64,000 nucleotides of DNA from Octopus sinensis (Eukaryota), in assembly GCF_006345805.1 (NCBI RefSeq), contig NC_043000.1, positions 61,752,001 to 61,816,000 on the forward strand. Direction: 5' to 3'. Position 1 is the first letter of the stretch, and each line of letters starts with the position of its first letter. This document shows positions 31,936-46,183 of this stretch, in pieces. The notes beneath the pieces were generated by a model. That model saw only the letters and a program-made list of their open reading frames with translations. It was not told the DNA's origin and searched no databases. The position numbers and the translations under genes are program-made.

Positions 31936-33195
31936 TTGGGTTGGCAACTAAGTTCCGGCCGCTTTTTTTAAATATTGGAATTTATTGCGTTTTTTAATTT
32001 TGGAATCTATTTTTTTTTGAGAATTCTATTTTTGAATTATTTTGGAATCTATTTTCTTCTAGCTAATTTTTGTTTATTTTCAGGTCATTAAAATGGAATG
32101 TCAAATTAAGAAAAATGAGCATTCTCGACACATCCTTTTTGCTTTTAATCAAGGTTCTAAGGCCACAAAATCTGCTCGCGACATTTGTGCTGTGTATAGA
32201 GAGAGGGTACCAAAGCTGAAAGTACCGCTCGTGATTGGCATGCTAAGTTTAAAAATGGAGATTAACCTCAAAGACGCACCTCGTTCTGGCCGTCCAGTTG
32301 AGTTCGATGCAGAGCGATTAAAACAACATTTGCACGAAAATTCTCATCAAACGACAAAGGGAACTGGCAGAAAAAATGGAATGCTCCCACACTGCTATAG
32401 AGAAGCATCTTCACTCGATGGGAAAGGTTCAGAAGTATGGAGCATGGGTTCCGCAAGCATTAAGTGACAACAACAAAAATCAACGAGCCACAATCTGCGC
32501 TAGTTTCCTTGATCGTCACCGCTCAACTCATGGACACAAGCAACAATTTATTAAAGAATCGTTACTGGCGACGAAAAATAGTGCCTGTACATCAATATGA
32601 AGCAGCGTAAGGAATGGCTTAGCCCCGGTAAACAACGACACCGCGCGTGAAACAAGATCTTCATCCGCGTAAAACAATGTTGGGCGTATGGTGGGATTGG
32701 GAAGGGATTATCCATTACGAATTGCTTGAACGGAATTAAACGGTCGACGCGGAACTCTATGTTCAACAGATGGAACGACTCAACATGTCTATTCAAGAGA
32801 AAAGACCTAATCATGGAGTTCTGCTGTAACAACGCCCGCCATCATATCGCCAATATGACCAAGAAAGCCATTCAAACGCATGGCTGGGAAGGGCTGCCAC
32901 ACCCGCCGTACTCTCCTTATGTGGCACAAACGGATTTCCACCTCTTTCGATCTCTTTCAGATGTTATGCGTAGAGTTTCGTTCAATACTGATGCAGATAT
33001 GAGAGCTTGGCTGGATCAATTTTCCAAGTCGAAATCGGGTGATTTCAACAAACGAAATATTGGAAATCTTGTTGAACGTTGGGAAGAAGTTGTAAACAAG
33101 GATGAATACATTATTGATTAATTAGTTATTTTTTATTAAACCTTTTAAAAAGTTTAAATTAAAATAAAACGACGGGAACTTAGTTGCCAACTCAG
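31936..33195 (+). mobile_element. Full-length mariner (mellifera-like TIRs), transposase inactivated
   Basis: TA-TTGGGTTGGCAACTAAGTTCC...GGAACTTAGTTGCCAACTCAG-TA; 1260 bp; MECQIKKNEHSRHIL.., AWVPQALS, HPPYSPYVAQTDFHLFRSL; frameshifts split the ORF. Confidence 0.92.
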
Positions 33196-35096
33196 TAGAT
33201 ATATGTCTGTGTATATGTATGTTTATACATACCTGTATATTTATACATACACAACACACACATAAACACACATTTATATATATATATATATATATATTCA
33301 TACACACACTTGCGAAAGCTGAAAATGGGCTATGACCATAATAAATAAAATGTGTAGCCTGCGTATGTATCGAGATCTCTTGCTTGTTTATAGAAGAGTG
33401 TCCCTGTGATACAATTTAAAACCCTATTACTATGGTAACAATTAAACAATTCTACGTTGTTATTAATATACCACAGGTTTCATAGCAATGCATATACTCG
33501 TTCATAAACAAAATGTGTGTTAAAATGGAGCTATTACGAAAGGTAAATGTTATAGATTCGATCCATCAACGTAGAAAGGAATCGCCGAAATGTGTGTATT
33601 TTTGTTATCTTCACACCAGTGTATACTTATTTTATTGATATTTGATATTGGATGCATGCCAAACACTGATCATATCTAGCCTGCCAATCAATGTTTACAA
33701 TATGCTACATAACTGAAAATATGTGGATAGTGCGAAACTATTAATGTTACTAAAGATTCACTGCCGGAGGGTATTGTCGAAATTTTACTGCAATATCCTG
33801 ACATCATATTAGTCAAAATATGGAAATGCTCATAATAATCATATTAAAATCTCAAGATACATTTTTTTTAACATGATAGTTTTACCAAACACACACAATG
33901 TTATAATGTGGCTTCAGTAACAGCTAAGAGAAAATAGGTGTTTGTATTTTATTTTGTTCTGTTTTTTCCCCATTGTCTTCTTTTCAAAGCTACAGTATTA
34001 TCAAATAATATATCTGAAACATTGATGCAGTAACAATGGTACCCCAATTCAGAATTTAGAACTTGGAAAATTGGGAAAAAAAGTATATGGTCTTTAAAAG
34101 GCTAATTATTTATTTATCCGATGCGCTAGTTACATAAATAGGATTGATTGTATGATATTTTCTGTCCGGAAAAAAATTCAAATAATTAATAACTAGCTAC
34201 TACTCGGCAAGAGAAAATATCTGTTGACACATTATTGTTCTTCTGGACTTAATAGCCAAGCATTCAATAAATGGACACAAAATGTGAATAAAAACAAAAT
34301 CCTATTCTATGCCCTCCTGTATCTTAACATTATCTTAGAACTCACACTATCTTACAGAATCCTAACATGCTAATGACTAAACTCAATTACAAAGGGGAGA
34401 ATAGTTGAGAGATGGTACCTCAATATATTACTAGTATTCAGTAAAGTTGGTCATGGTCAGTATTTGAATACAGAACAAAGATGAGTAACCTAGATAGTAA
34501 AAAAAAAATATTTAAACCATCGTTCCATTGTTTCTGCTATCCGACAACCATTAATAGCATAATATTAATAAACTTTTTAGGTCATTCGGATAAGCCAGAG
34601 AACACTTTAATGAGAACCAAATGTTTGGAAGAATTTAAAATTTCTTAGATCAAGTCTCTGTGTTGTTATCAAACCATAAAATGTTAACATTATTGTTTAT
34701 GTGCCAATTTTGTCATCATGTTGTGTGCCACGGGAGAATTGAAATTCCTTTTTAGCTTACTGACCGGAGAAGAAATCATTGGCATAATGAATTGGCTAAG
34801 CATACACAGATGACCAACAAATCGAAAATTTGCCTCAACGAAAATAACGAAAATAATCATTTATATTCTTTCTTGAAACATTAAACTGCATACGCTTTAA
34901 TAGAGAGAAAATGAGATGGAACATGTGTAACTTGCCGAAAGACATAACAGATATAAATGCAATTGCTTTTGATGTCAGTGGAATCTGATTTGCGGTCTCA
35001 CTTTGCGGAGAATTGAATTTACCCTTGTTGCCATACACTTATTTATCCCTTGCTGCCATACACTTATTTATTATTGCTTAATATATTTACGAAGTC

Positions 35097-35497
35097 AAAA
35101 CGGCGAACTGGCAGAAACGTTAGCACGCCGGGCGAAATGCTTAGCAGTATTTCGTTTGCTGTTACGCTCTGAGTTCAAATTCCGCCGAGGTCGACTTTGC
35201 CTTTAATCCTTTCGGGGTCGATAAATTAAGTACCAGTTACGCACTGGAGTCGATATAATCGACTTAATCTCTTTTTCTGCCTTTGTTTGTCCTCTCTGTG
35301 TTTAGCCCCTTGTGGGTAGTAAAGAAATAGGTATTTCGTCTGCCGCTACGTTCTTAGTTCAAATTCCGCCGAGGTCGACTTTGCCTTTCATCATTTCGCG
35401 GTTGATAAATTAAGTACCAGTTGCGTACTGGAGTCGATCTAAGCGACTGGCCCCTTACCCCCAAATTTCGGACATTGTGCCTAGAGTAGAAAAGAAT
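35097..35497 (+). mobile_element. SINE family A, dimeric copy
   Basis: Highly similar to 66-690: head, two B-box monomers, tail. Confidence 0.85.
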
Positions 35498-36559
35498 ATA
35501 TTATCAAAAGAAACAGGGCGAAAAGATGTAGCTGTACCATTTGCCTTGATTGAATACATTTAAGAGTAAACATTTCTGTTTTCCCATAATCACTGCATGG
35601 TTTTGAAAGACTCAATTGTTTTTGATAGTGCTATTTCAAACACAATTCCAAAAGAATTTCTTGCATACTTGGAAAAGATTAGATAATCTTTTGGAAAGGG
35701 TGAGGTATTCACATTTCTAATGTACAGAATGTTGATAACCATACATTTTATTATTGTTTCGGGAATATAACAATAACAATTGGCAGCATTCTACTGTATA
35801 ATGTGTCGGTTGAAATGTGGAAGTGTGTTTATCTTCCTTACACACCAATAGAATCGTTTCTGGAGTATATTACTAATACAATAATAACTTAACCTAAAAT
35901 AGCTATCACCATGGCATGTAAACGGCTTTATATTAGAAGTTATTTAGCGCATTCTGTAATCAAGATGTATAAAACTATATTCATAAAATTTGAAGAAGTA
36001 AAATTAATACTTTGGTATAGATAAAGGTTGTTTGATTTTCTTTTGAAATAAATAGAATATACAGGTGTAAGATGAGCGATCAATGTACTTTTAGCATAAA
36101 TTTTAAACATAAAATTGTGAGGGATATCTGTTTCTGAATATACTTCCTGTAGAGATCCTTGTATTTCAACTGGAGATCCGTACTGTAGCCTTTTGGTAAG
36201 CTGATTTGTTTTATAAATGCGGACCTAGATTTGTCCCATGAAAAGGTTAGAATACGTATTTTTTTTTGCTAATTTTATATCCTAAAATCGAGGTGAATTT
36301 AAAGCAGTATAAAAACAATTTTAACGCGATTTTAGCATGTAATGAATTGAAGTAATTTAAAATTATGTTTACTGTGATGTATTTGATGGGCATTGAACTC
36401 AAACACCTAAGGTAGTTCTAAATCATTCAATATCATTGCTAAGAGACCCAGCCTATTATCTGTTGTTGATAGCTCGTAACACATTAGATGTCTATATCAT
36501 TAAGATTTTTCCACATTACAATGTCTTACTTTGTTTTTCATAAAATAGTATCGATTTCA

Positions 36560-36755
36560 GATTTTGGTACAAGGCCTGAAATTCGAGTGGAGGGATAAAT
36601 CGATTACATTAACCCTAGTGCTCAACTAGAATTTATTTTACGGACTCTGAAATGTTAAAAGCAAAGTCAACCTGAGCAGAATTTGAACTCAAACCATAAA
36701 GATGTACGAAACGGCACTAAGCACTTTTCCTTGCGCTAACTATGCTGCCAGCTTC
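36560..36755 (-). mobile_element. SINE family A copy, degenerate
   Basis: AATTTGAACTCA (reverse-complement B-box), AAAGCAAAGTCAACC and CTTGCGCTAAC remnants. Confidence 0.7.
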
Positions 36756-37096
36756 AAGAAATACCAAAATAACACTGCCATTGATACTAATATGTCATTT
36801 GATATTGGTCAGTTGATATCGGTTAATGTCAATGGAAAATATAGGAGGGATTATATCGGTCAATAATATTTCGAATTATATCAGTCAATAATATTTCGTT
36901 GAATGATAACAAGGGTATTGATTGAAATTTAGCTTAACTTAGCATACGTAGTATGATATGATCTTTTAGCCTTGGATTTGCTTGAAACAGTAAATGACTG
37001 GCAGATGGAGATCTTTATAATAAAATTATCTTAACACGTTCAGAGATTTGTCAATGATAACACATTTGAATACTGACATATAAGATAGCAACCTGC

Positions 37097-37295
37097 TAAA
37101 ATCGTAAGCACGCAGAACAAAGTGCTCGGCGGCATTTAGTCAGCTTTTACATTCTGAGTTCAAATTTGGTCGAGTTCAATTTTGCCTTTCATCCTTTTGG
37201 AATCGATAAAATAAGTACCAGTTGAACATTGGGTCGATGTACTCGACTAGCTCCCTGTCCCGAAATTTCAGGCGTTGTGTCTATAGTAGAAAGGT
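37097..37295 (+). mobile_element. SINE family A copy
   Basis: ATTCTGAGTTCAAAT, TTTGCCTTTCATCC, AAGTACCAGTT and the AATTTCAGGC tail. Confidence 0.75.
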
Positions 37296-37627
37296 AATTG
37301 GAGATGAATAATTATTTCAATAAATATGCTTCTCTAATCATAAATTTTAAGAAAAGATATTTTTCTTAAATATTCCTATCTAACCCGCGTTTTACGCTCT
37401 TGTTTTGATATTCAATAAACGTAATTTAGCACAATCCTGAATTCGAATGAAGATCGTTTGTTTTTAAGACAAAGCTATTAACGTTATTATTCACAAAGTC
37501 AATGATGCCGGAGATAAAAAACCAACTGAAAACGTAGAATAGATCTAGGTATTTGATAATGTTTATATATAAAAATGCCTTAGAAAATATAATGAACAAC
37601 TCACATATTTTGCCATTTAACTGAATC

Positions 37628-37862
37628 TGTTTTTATTTTCACATAGGTGAAATCTTGTCACAACGCCAGCAGTTTGAGCGGGAAAGGATTAGTCGATTAC
37701 ATCGACCATACTGCTTGAATGACACTTTATGTTATCGACACCAAAAGAAGAAAGAAGCAAAGTTAACCTTGGTACAATTTGAAATCAGAAAGTAAAATGT
37801 CAGAAGAAATGCAGCTACGCATTTCATCCAACGCTCTAAATATTGTGCGAGCTCAACGTCTT
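37628..37862 (-). mobile_element. SINE family A copy, degenerate
   Basis: GTCGATTACATCGACC, AAAGTTAACCT and AATTTGAAATCAGAA remnants in reverse orientation. Confidence 0.65.
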
Positions 37863-40533
37863 CATTTTATGCACATAATAGAAATTAGTAGCGATAACAA
37901 CGGATATGTTATCAAGACTTGACTTTAAAATGAGAGGAATATACATTTATGGCATGACAAATAGCATTGCAATAAACACTTTTCGTGGTCGTAACACGTT
38001 ATTTTACAGGCTGATATTTTAATACGTTCTATGTTACTCTATTGAGTGTTAACCAGTTTATTCCTAATGCTTCGGTGTTGAATCTTGTCAGTCATGTATT
38101 GCTCCCACAATACATGAGCAATGGCTCCTTTCAACCATTTGATATCGATCTGTTGATGTATCTCAAAATTCTTCAGAAAATGTTTGCGAGAATGTGGAAA
38201 AACCAACCACTACCAAAAGAATTCGCAATTTATTAACAAATTCTTGAGCGGTGGCCGATTGAAATTAAAGAACAAACAGATGTTAATGAAGTTAAATATA
38301 AATAATTATACTCAAAAATTTTACTAAACTTATTTCTGTATTTAAGCAACATACTGACAATATTTTGATCTTCGTTCAAGGACTAATGTCAAAATTAAAT
38401 TCTAATATCATAGTGAATATAAAAATTATTATCTCTCGTATTCATCTTTCATTTATCTAACATTTTCTGAAATATTCTTTCATCTTGATAAGATGTTATG
38501 AATTTATTAAACCAAGTAGCATCATATAATTTGTAAAGAAATATTCGTGAAATAAATAGTAAAGGGGTAAATTTTATTTCATTTTCAGATATATAATATG
38601 CTAAAATAAAAACGAAATAGAGATTTGGTGGTATTTGATGTTCAACTGTGTACCTTATTTTTTTCTTAATCTTCATCTTAAAATCATAATTTCGATCATT
38701 TTGTGATTTGTGAGTGCATATGAACTCTCTCTTTCATTTAAGTAAGATAGTCAAGTAATATGAATTCCTATCTTCTCGAAACCAAATGTATCAATGTATA
38801 GAAAATGGACATAAGATTTTTATGGAACATTTGTAGGCTTCTGGTAAAAGCAATGACAAACCAGATAAGTGTATTCTTCCCTAGAAATCCTATAGAAGCA
38901 TTAGAGAATCATCTTGCTCGTCGAAACTAATAGTTTTGATACCTTACAATATCAAAGAAATACATATATTGTCATATAACGTAATAGTAGGAGTTATTAC
39001 TTAGTTGAATCTAAATTATAGGAAATACAAAAGTAGATGGTAGTATTTGATGTGACACTTCTTCTATCGGAGAAATAATTCCTTACTCAATGGCCAAATG
39101 GCTATTAGGATCAAAGTAGGAAAACGTGTAAAGAATTATGCCCCCTGATATATAGTAAATACTATTGATGACATGATATTTTGTCAGACGTTTATATTTC
39201 AATAATGGAATGACGGAATATTGCTATAAAAATGTCATATTTGAGAGATTGAGAGTGACGAAGTAGGAGAGAGAGAGGGAGTGAATAAGTGAAGGAAAAA
39301 AGAAGTGAAGGAGATAAGTAAATAGCCTAATTATATAAATGGATGGAAAATTGATATAACAGGCTGTTTATATATTATGTAAGGGTAAACATTTCTTTCC
39401 GAATACAAAGGATAGAAATTGATTATTGTTGCTGTGAAAAATGGAATAAAAAACATGAAAATGATAAGTGATTACCAAAGTGGTGTTGGAGTGATGGGTA
39501 GTCATAGAGGACATATGAAATTCTGATACTCATGATTCATAGACAATTTGTGAATACGTAGTTATTCATACGATTTCGACAATTGTTTTACATGCATCCA
39601 ATTTTAATATATTATACTTATAACGATTGATACTTCAGGGTAAAAGAGTCGCGTGACCGAACAGAATATCATTTTATGAAATGGTGAACTTGTCTGTAAA
39701 ATAGTAGAATTCTACCTCTGCGACTTGGTCGAACCGACAATGTGAGTAGATTTTAGTAAGCAGAAATATCATGGAAGCCTCCTGCACGGACTACAACTGG
39801 TCTAGGGTGTTGTTTGCTAAAGATTCCAAAAATGGGGCAATACGTTCCTACCAATATTTATGCGTATATACCTACATACATATATATACTACATATATAT
39901 ACTTCGAGATTTGTCAATGATACATATATACGTTTAGGGATTCGTCAATAATAAAACAATAATATACTGATATAGAAGCTGGCAGCCTGCCAAAATCGTT
40001 AGCACTCAAAACATGTGTATGCATATACATATGTATTTGTGTGTGTATATATATGTATATATATATGTATATGTACACACACAAATACATATGTATATGC
40101 ATACGTGTTTGAAAGTGTTTATGTAGGGATATTTATGACCAACAGCCATCCATGAGCTGCCAACTCATTCTTGTTCCTTATTCTAAATACACACAGTCTT
40201 CTAATCTCAGATTTTAGTAAATGATAAAGAGATAAATAAATTGGAAATGAATCACAACCCTTTGATCCTACTATGCCCCATGCTATTCTAAGAAATTGTC
40301 ATGTTATTTTTACCCACTTTTGCGACAACATGAATTTCTTCCATCTTCTTACTTTGTTAAAATATTTAAGAAAAATTATATTAATGTATCCTACCTGTTG
40401 AAATTCCATATATTTTTTGTGAAGCTGAAGATAGCACTGCATTTGTATTGAAGCAATGATTACATTATTCAATTAAATGGAATCGCTGCAAACGGTCGTA
40501 CTGCATTACTACTTAATATCCTATTGCTTATTT

Positions 40534-40591
<58 letters not shown>

Positions 40592-40610
40592 TATATATAT
40601 ACATACACAT

Positions 40611-40684
<74 letters not shown>

Positions 40685-40742
40685 CGTGTGCGTGTAATAG
40701 TATATGTTTGTATTGGTATTCGTGAGTTCACGTGTGCTCATA

Positions 40743-41999
40743 TTAGGTTGGAAAGCATTGTCATATCTCTGATACGATGACTTTGGGAGTACTTTTTTCA
40801 TTCCCTAAAGTAGAATAGATAATTTTTGTTATTCTTATGTTTACTTTTCTTTCTAGAGTGATTATTTCATACCAAAATCGCTAAATTCGTATAAACTTTA
40901 CCCTTTGAAAATGAGTATGAAATTCGTATCCGATGAAATCCATATCCAATATTGCATGCTGTATGAATTTAAAATTGGCTCTACGTATCCTGACATACCA
41001 ACGATGTTTTGGTAAGTTTCGTTCGGGAACTTCTCCCACAGATTCACCACGACTTAGACGGCCGAGTTTTCAATATTGAAACTTTTGTAAACTGTTTCTA
41101 AAGAAAACTCAAAGGAACGGGCACAAAAATTATCAAAACAGTTCTATTCAAGTGTCACTTCGATCATAAAAGAGCTTCATGAACTAGTCAAATTATCTGA
41201 ACTTGGTCAATGAGTTCTTCAAAATGTGACAGCTTCTTAGCTTAATCAAAGAATTACTCTCTACTTGTCATTGATAAGTAGACTTGCTGCTGAAACATTC
41301 CTAAATAGAATCATCCTAGGCGATGGAAGATGGGTTCTCTTTAATCATATCCAACGAAAACGACATTGGCTAGCCCCAATGAAAAAGAAGAATCTATTCT
41401 GCAACCAGGAGTTATGATCTGTGTTTGGTAGGATATGAAGGGCCTTGTATATCATAAATTGTCAAACCAAAACAGTTAATGCAGAGAATTATTGTCGTGA
41501 ATTGGAGCCATTGCAGAAAATTTTTGAAGACAAAGCGCCTATCGATCATCAATCTCAAAATGATGTTGCTCCTACACAATGATGAAAAAACATATGTTAC
41601 TCATGTCACTTGCGAAATTATTATGGAAGTTTTGCCTCATCGTCCTTACTTTCGCAATCTTATTTCAACTAATAATAATCTTTTCAGATCATTGAAACAT
41701 TATTTATAGAGAAAACAGTTTGTAAAAATTTGAAGCGGTTAAAAATGATATTGAGTATATCTTTGCTTAAAAATCTAAAGAAATTTTACGCCCGATGGAT
41801 CAATAATTTTTGGACTGTTTCTTTGCTTCTAAACCTAAACTATTTGGCGCCCAAGAAATCAACTATTTGTCACATAGATGGGGTTATGCTATCAATAATG
41901 AGGGAAATTATTATCTGGATTAAATCTGTTAATTAAGACCTAAGAAACATTTGTTTCTTTCCCATCTTGAAATGCAATAGGACTTCCTTTCCAGCCTAA
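40743..41999 (+). mobile_element. Old full-length mariner relic
   Basis: TA-TTAGGTTGGAAAG...CTTTCCAGCCTAA-TA (1257 bp); FLNRIILGDGRWVLFNHIQRKRHW (~41310); EVLPHRPY...LFRSLKHYL (~41630). Confidence 0.8.
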
Positions 42000-42319
42000 T
42001 AAATACGCTTATAAAGAATAGCTATTTTCTTTTTAATGTGTTTGGATGGAAATTTGCTCGGAGATGAAACAAGTTAGAGATTATTGCTGAATACACAAGC
42101 AGTATATACAATGATGATCACATAAATATTTAATGAACTCATACACCGAAAATATACACATGCGCGCACACATCAACATACATGAACTTTCACACAAAAT
42201 GTACTCAGACATATGCACATATAAACACCCACTTTCTTATGCGCTGGCTTACTCATTAATTTTCTTTGTTCAGAGATGATTACAAGTGAAACTATAAAAT
42301 TCATCTAAACATTTTTGCT

Positions 42320-43288
42320 CTCTTCCCATAACAATTCTACTTGAGTCACACCTTTCCAGTACTAACTGCCGAAAAAGTGTTTAGACCCCCAGCAACATTT
42401 ATACTGACATGGTTGCTACATTATGAGATGACGCATCAGCTTTATCAACAGTGCACAAGCGTGTAACTGAATTTAGGAGGGGAAGGAAGAGATTTGATGA
42501 TAATCTAAGGTTTGGACGTCCTGCAACATTGATTGTGTTCACAACATTGTGATGGATGACAGACAGTTCACTTTAAAACAAATAGCCAAAGCTATGACGA
42601 AGGGTTGTGCTTGGTGTGTCCCACGTCTTCTAACATTTGATCAAAAGTGCACCAGATTGATTGCATCACTGAAAAATCTGACATGGTTTCAGGCAGATCC
42701 AGCTAGTTTTTTAAACTTTTCCTAGCTCAGGATGAGTGATGGTTTCAAGATAAAATCTATGCAGTGAAAATATTCCTCCTCACTTGCTCACAAAGAAGGA
42801 CAAGGTCCTTTCATCTGGTGATGACCTTAGTGTTTTAGGATGCGAAAGCTATTGTGTTTAGTGACTATCTTCAAAAGGGTTACATCAATAACGAGTACTT
42901 AACCAACTTGCTGAGGCAGTTACAAAAGGCTATCAAGCCCAAATGCCCAAGAAAACTGACTAAAGGAGTCTTCTTTTATTAGGACATACGCCCTTGGTTT
43001 CAATGGCTACTGTACGTGAATGCAGCTTTTAACTGGTTGCTCAGCCTCCCTGTTCTCCTGACTCGGCCCCATCTGAATATTGTCGATTCCCCAACTCGAA
43101 ATAGCACTTGGCCGGACACCAGTATCGCAGTGATGATTACGTTATATCTACTGTTGATGACGTGTTGAGCAACAAGATTAAATCTTCCATATAGACCGGA
43201 AGGGGGACTATGTTGAAAAATAAACCTCATTTCGTCACATTCCATGAGAATATTTTGGTCAGCCTATAAACTTTTCAGCCAACCCTCG
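42320..43288 (+). mobile_element. Mariner relic (irritans-like), 5'-truncated and internally deleted
   Basis: DMVATL*DDASALSTVHKRVTEFRRG...GRP; CVPRLLTFDQK; SPDSAPSE; right end CTTTTCAGCCAACCCTCG-TA. Confidence 0.8.
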
Positions 43289-44829
43289 TATATCAGATTC
43301 CTATCTTAGCTGTTGTTGAAAGCTAAATCTGGTCAGATAAATTAAAGGAACTTGAATAATCTAGAATCCCGGAGTTGTATTTGTTTCGATAACTATTTAA
43401 AATTGAAACAATTACGTTGTATGAATTTTATTTGTATCATTAGAACACGCATATATCGACAGATTTATTAAATCCAGAAGTTTTGTTTTCGAGGTAACCA
43501 CTTCAATAACCATCAAGCGCTTTAACTATATAGTATCGTCTTTACAATAATCGGCACGATGTTTATTACCATCATTTGCCATGTATCAATTTTCAGTGTT
43601 TGTAAATTAGATATATTTATTTGTAGCAAACATCTTATTCTTATTACAAATTGCATATGGTATATACATTACAGACCTGAAGATTCTACCAGTTTTCACC
43701 ACGACTTGTTGTTTGAGATTAGTGCTTCGGAGAATGTTTTCAACGCCTGTTATCTATTTAGGTCTAGGGTGTGGCATCAACGAGCATCACGCCATAACAT
43801 AGTATATTATAGTCATTCTAGCTATTTTAAAACTTCCTCCAGACTGTCAAATCCAAAATCTGGTAACATCGCCAGCATTTTTTTTTATCAGAATATGTTC
43901 AACCCGGATCTTGATTCCTTTACATACTATGACTCAATAATTTTTAACCATAGCCGGATTTCTGAACTATCTCTTTCTTTATATAGATCTTAGATGTATT
44001 AATATAGCGCATGGTTAATATATTGTATGGTTAATTACTGCCAGAATGAACAAATATCAATTTTACATACGGAAGATATAATATTGAAAATATTTCCTTC
44101 CGTTCATGGGATAGATTCAGTTGTATTGCATTCCTCGATATACGATCTCAAAAACATACATATCGACATACAGAACATTTCAAAATTAAATACATTTAAA
44201 TGCACACATACTACACTAGTGCACATACACACACATGCAGACACACTCACATTGTCACACGCACATATACATTCGCGTACACACGTATACGCATGCGAGT
44301 ATGCGTGTGCGTGTGTGTATGCGTAAATGTATACGAAGAGTGCATACTAGACAAACAGAGAAATTAAGGTAGCTATAGGAATATAAAATGTACGGACCGA
44401 CACTACAAAGGCTCGGGTAGGAAAGAGGAGAACATTGATAATAAAAGAAAGTCACTGCTATTGTTAATCTGAGGACACTCTTCATTAAAAATAGATATGA
44501 TCAAAAGAAATTCAGTCGTGACTACAACATCTATTACGTTCTTACACTTTCTCAGACTATACGGAGTGATTTGCAAGCTATTTCTAGCACGTTCAGGAAC
44601 AATTTAATAGTTGCAGCATCGTACCATCAATATTCTAAACGAGCTAGTTTGTCACATAGAAATTTTCTTGAATAATGAGTAACTTAGCAAAAGATGGATT
44701 GTTCCCGCATTAAGGGTACCGTTGAGTTTAACCGTAACTCATCCAACAATATATGTTTGTGTGGTGTGTGTGTGTGTACGAGTTAGGTGTATGTACGCAT
44801 GTATTTATATATATATATATATTGTGATT

Positions 44830-45323
44830 GTGACCTCCTTCGGTCATGAATGACCATGGAATTGCACCTAGAAAGTTACCCTCCGAGGTACAATTCTGAG
44901 CAAGGTTGTTTATTGAAGACCAGCAGTCGCCCACGCATACCAGCCTCCCCTCTCCATGCCACCGATGTTATCCAAGGGAAAGGCAAAGGCTAATACAGCT
45001 TGGCACCATCGACGTCGCAGCTCATTTATTAACGTGCAAGTGGCTGAGCACTCCACAGACACGTGTAACCTTAACGTAGTTCTCGAGGAGATTCAGCGTG
45101 ACACAGAGTGTGACAAGGCTGGCCCTTTCAAATACAGGTACAACAGAAACAGGAAGAAAGAGTGAGAGAGTGTTGTGGTGAAAGAGTACAGCAGGGTTCA
45201 CCACCACCCCCTGCCTGAGCCTCGTGGAGCTTTAGGGGTTTTCGCTCAATAAACACTCACAATGCCCGGTCTGGGAATCGAAACCGCGATTCCGCTGCCC
45301 TAACCACTGGGCCATTGTGCTTC

Positions 45324-45326
<3 letters not shown>
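44830..45326 (-). mobile_element. tRNA-derived SINE composite
   Basis: Minus-strand head GTGGAAGCACAATGGCCCAGTGGTTAGGGCAGCGG...GGTTTCGATTCCC (A and B boxes); same head as 52410-52543. Confidence 0.8.
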
Positions 45327-45363
<37 letters not shown>

Positions 45364-45394
45364 AATACGTACATATACCTAACTCGCACGCAGA

Positions 45395-46183
45395 TTAAAG
45401 CTGCTTGGTAAGAATTGTTCATGAACTCTGTTGTGCATGAGCACTAAGTTTTAACGTTCTGGCTCATTTCCATTGCGTACAGCAGTGTTTGGAAGGAACG
45501 TGTGTAGCTTGTGATCGTCAAACTGACCATGCCAGAGAAAGTTGTCATGGCGATACATGTTCAGTGGTCGACTCAAAGTCCCAGAAATTGTATGGAGGAG
45601 AGTGTATGAGTTGTTCACAAGGGTACAAGTGGTTCAGGCGTTTCCAAGATGGCCGAAAAATTTCGATATTGGCGAACATTCTGGGAGACCGGCAACTAGC
45701 AGAACTGAGAAAAACCATCTCAGTTGTACGTGCAGCTGTGAGAGGAAATCTCGAATAACCATCTGTGTGTTATCAGAGGATGTGCAGATTAGTTCCATCC
45801 ATTATCACTGAAGACTTGGATATGCGAAGCGTGTCTGCCAAGTTTGTGCTAAAAGTACCTTCAGCTGACAAGAAAGACACTCGGATTTCAGTTACACAAT
45901 GTCTCCTTGACTGTACCAAGAACGATGAAAACTTTTTGAAATCTTTGCATAGTACTCTTAGCAGGTATCGCCAAGCTTTCTCTGACATGGTCAATTCGAC
46001 GATCGCCCGCTACACACCTTTCTTCTAAGCAATGCTGGAAACAGCAGAAGTGAGCTAGAATGTTAAAACTTAGTGCACATACGCAACAGAGTTCAAGGTC
46101 CATCTGTGCCAGCAACTTCACTCTGCTTGATTTTGCTTTGTTACTATGGCAACAGGCTGTAAACTTATTGATCAGACCAGGTG
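45395..46183 (+). mobile_element. Deleted mariner derivative with an inverted duplicate of its 5' end
   Basis: KLYGGECMS..YKWFRRFQDGR..SGRPATS; ITEDLDMRSVSAKFV..NDENFLK; 45410-45480 is inverted at ~46045-46115; right end GATCAGACCAGGTG-TA. Confidence 0.75.

Larger units (their letters stand above)
33600..39200 (+). pseudogene. LRR receptor (TLR-like) relic P6, N-terminal/ectodomain portion
   Basis: Signal-like CILILLIFDIGC (~33620), SLPEGIVEILLQY (33758), IPKEFLAYLEKIR (~35645), VYLPYTPIESF (~35826), LDLSHEK (~36226), NSIAINTFRGRNTL (~37960), VFFPRNPIEAL (~38871). Confidence 0.4.
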
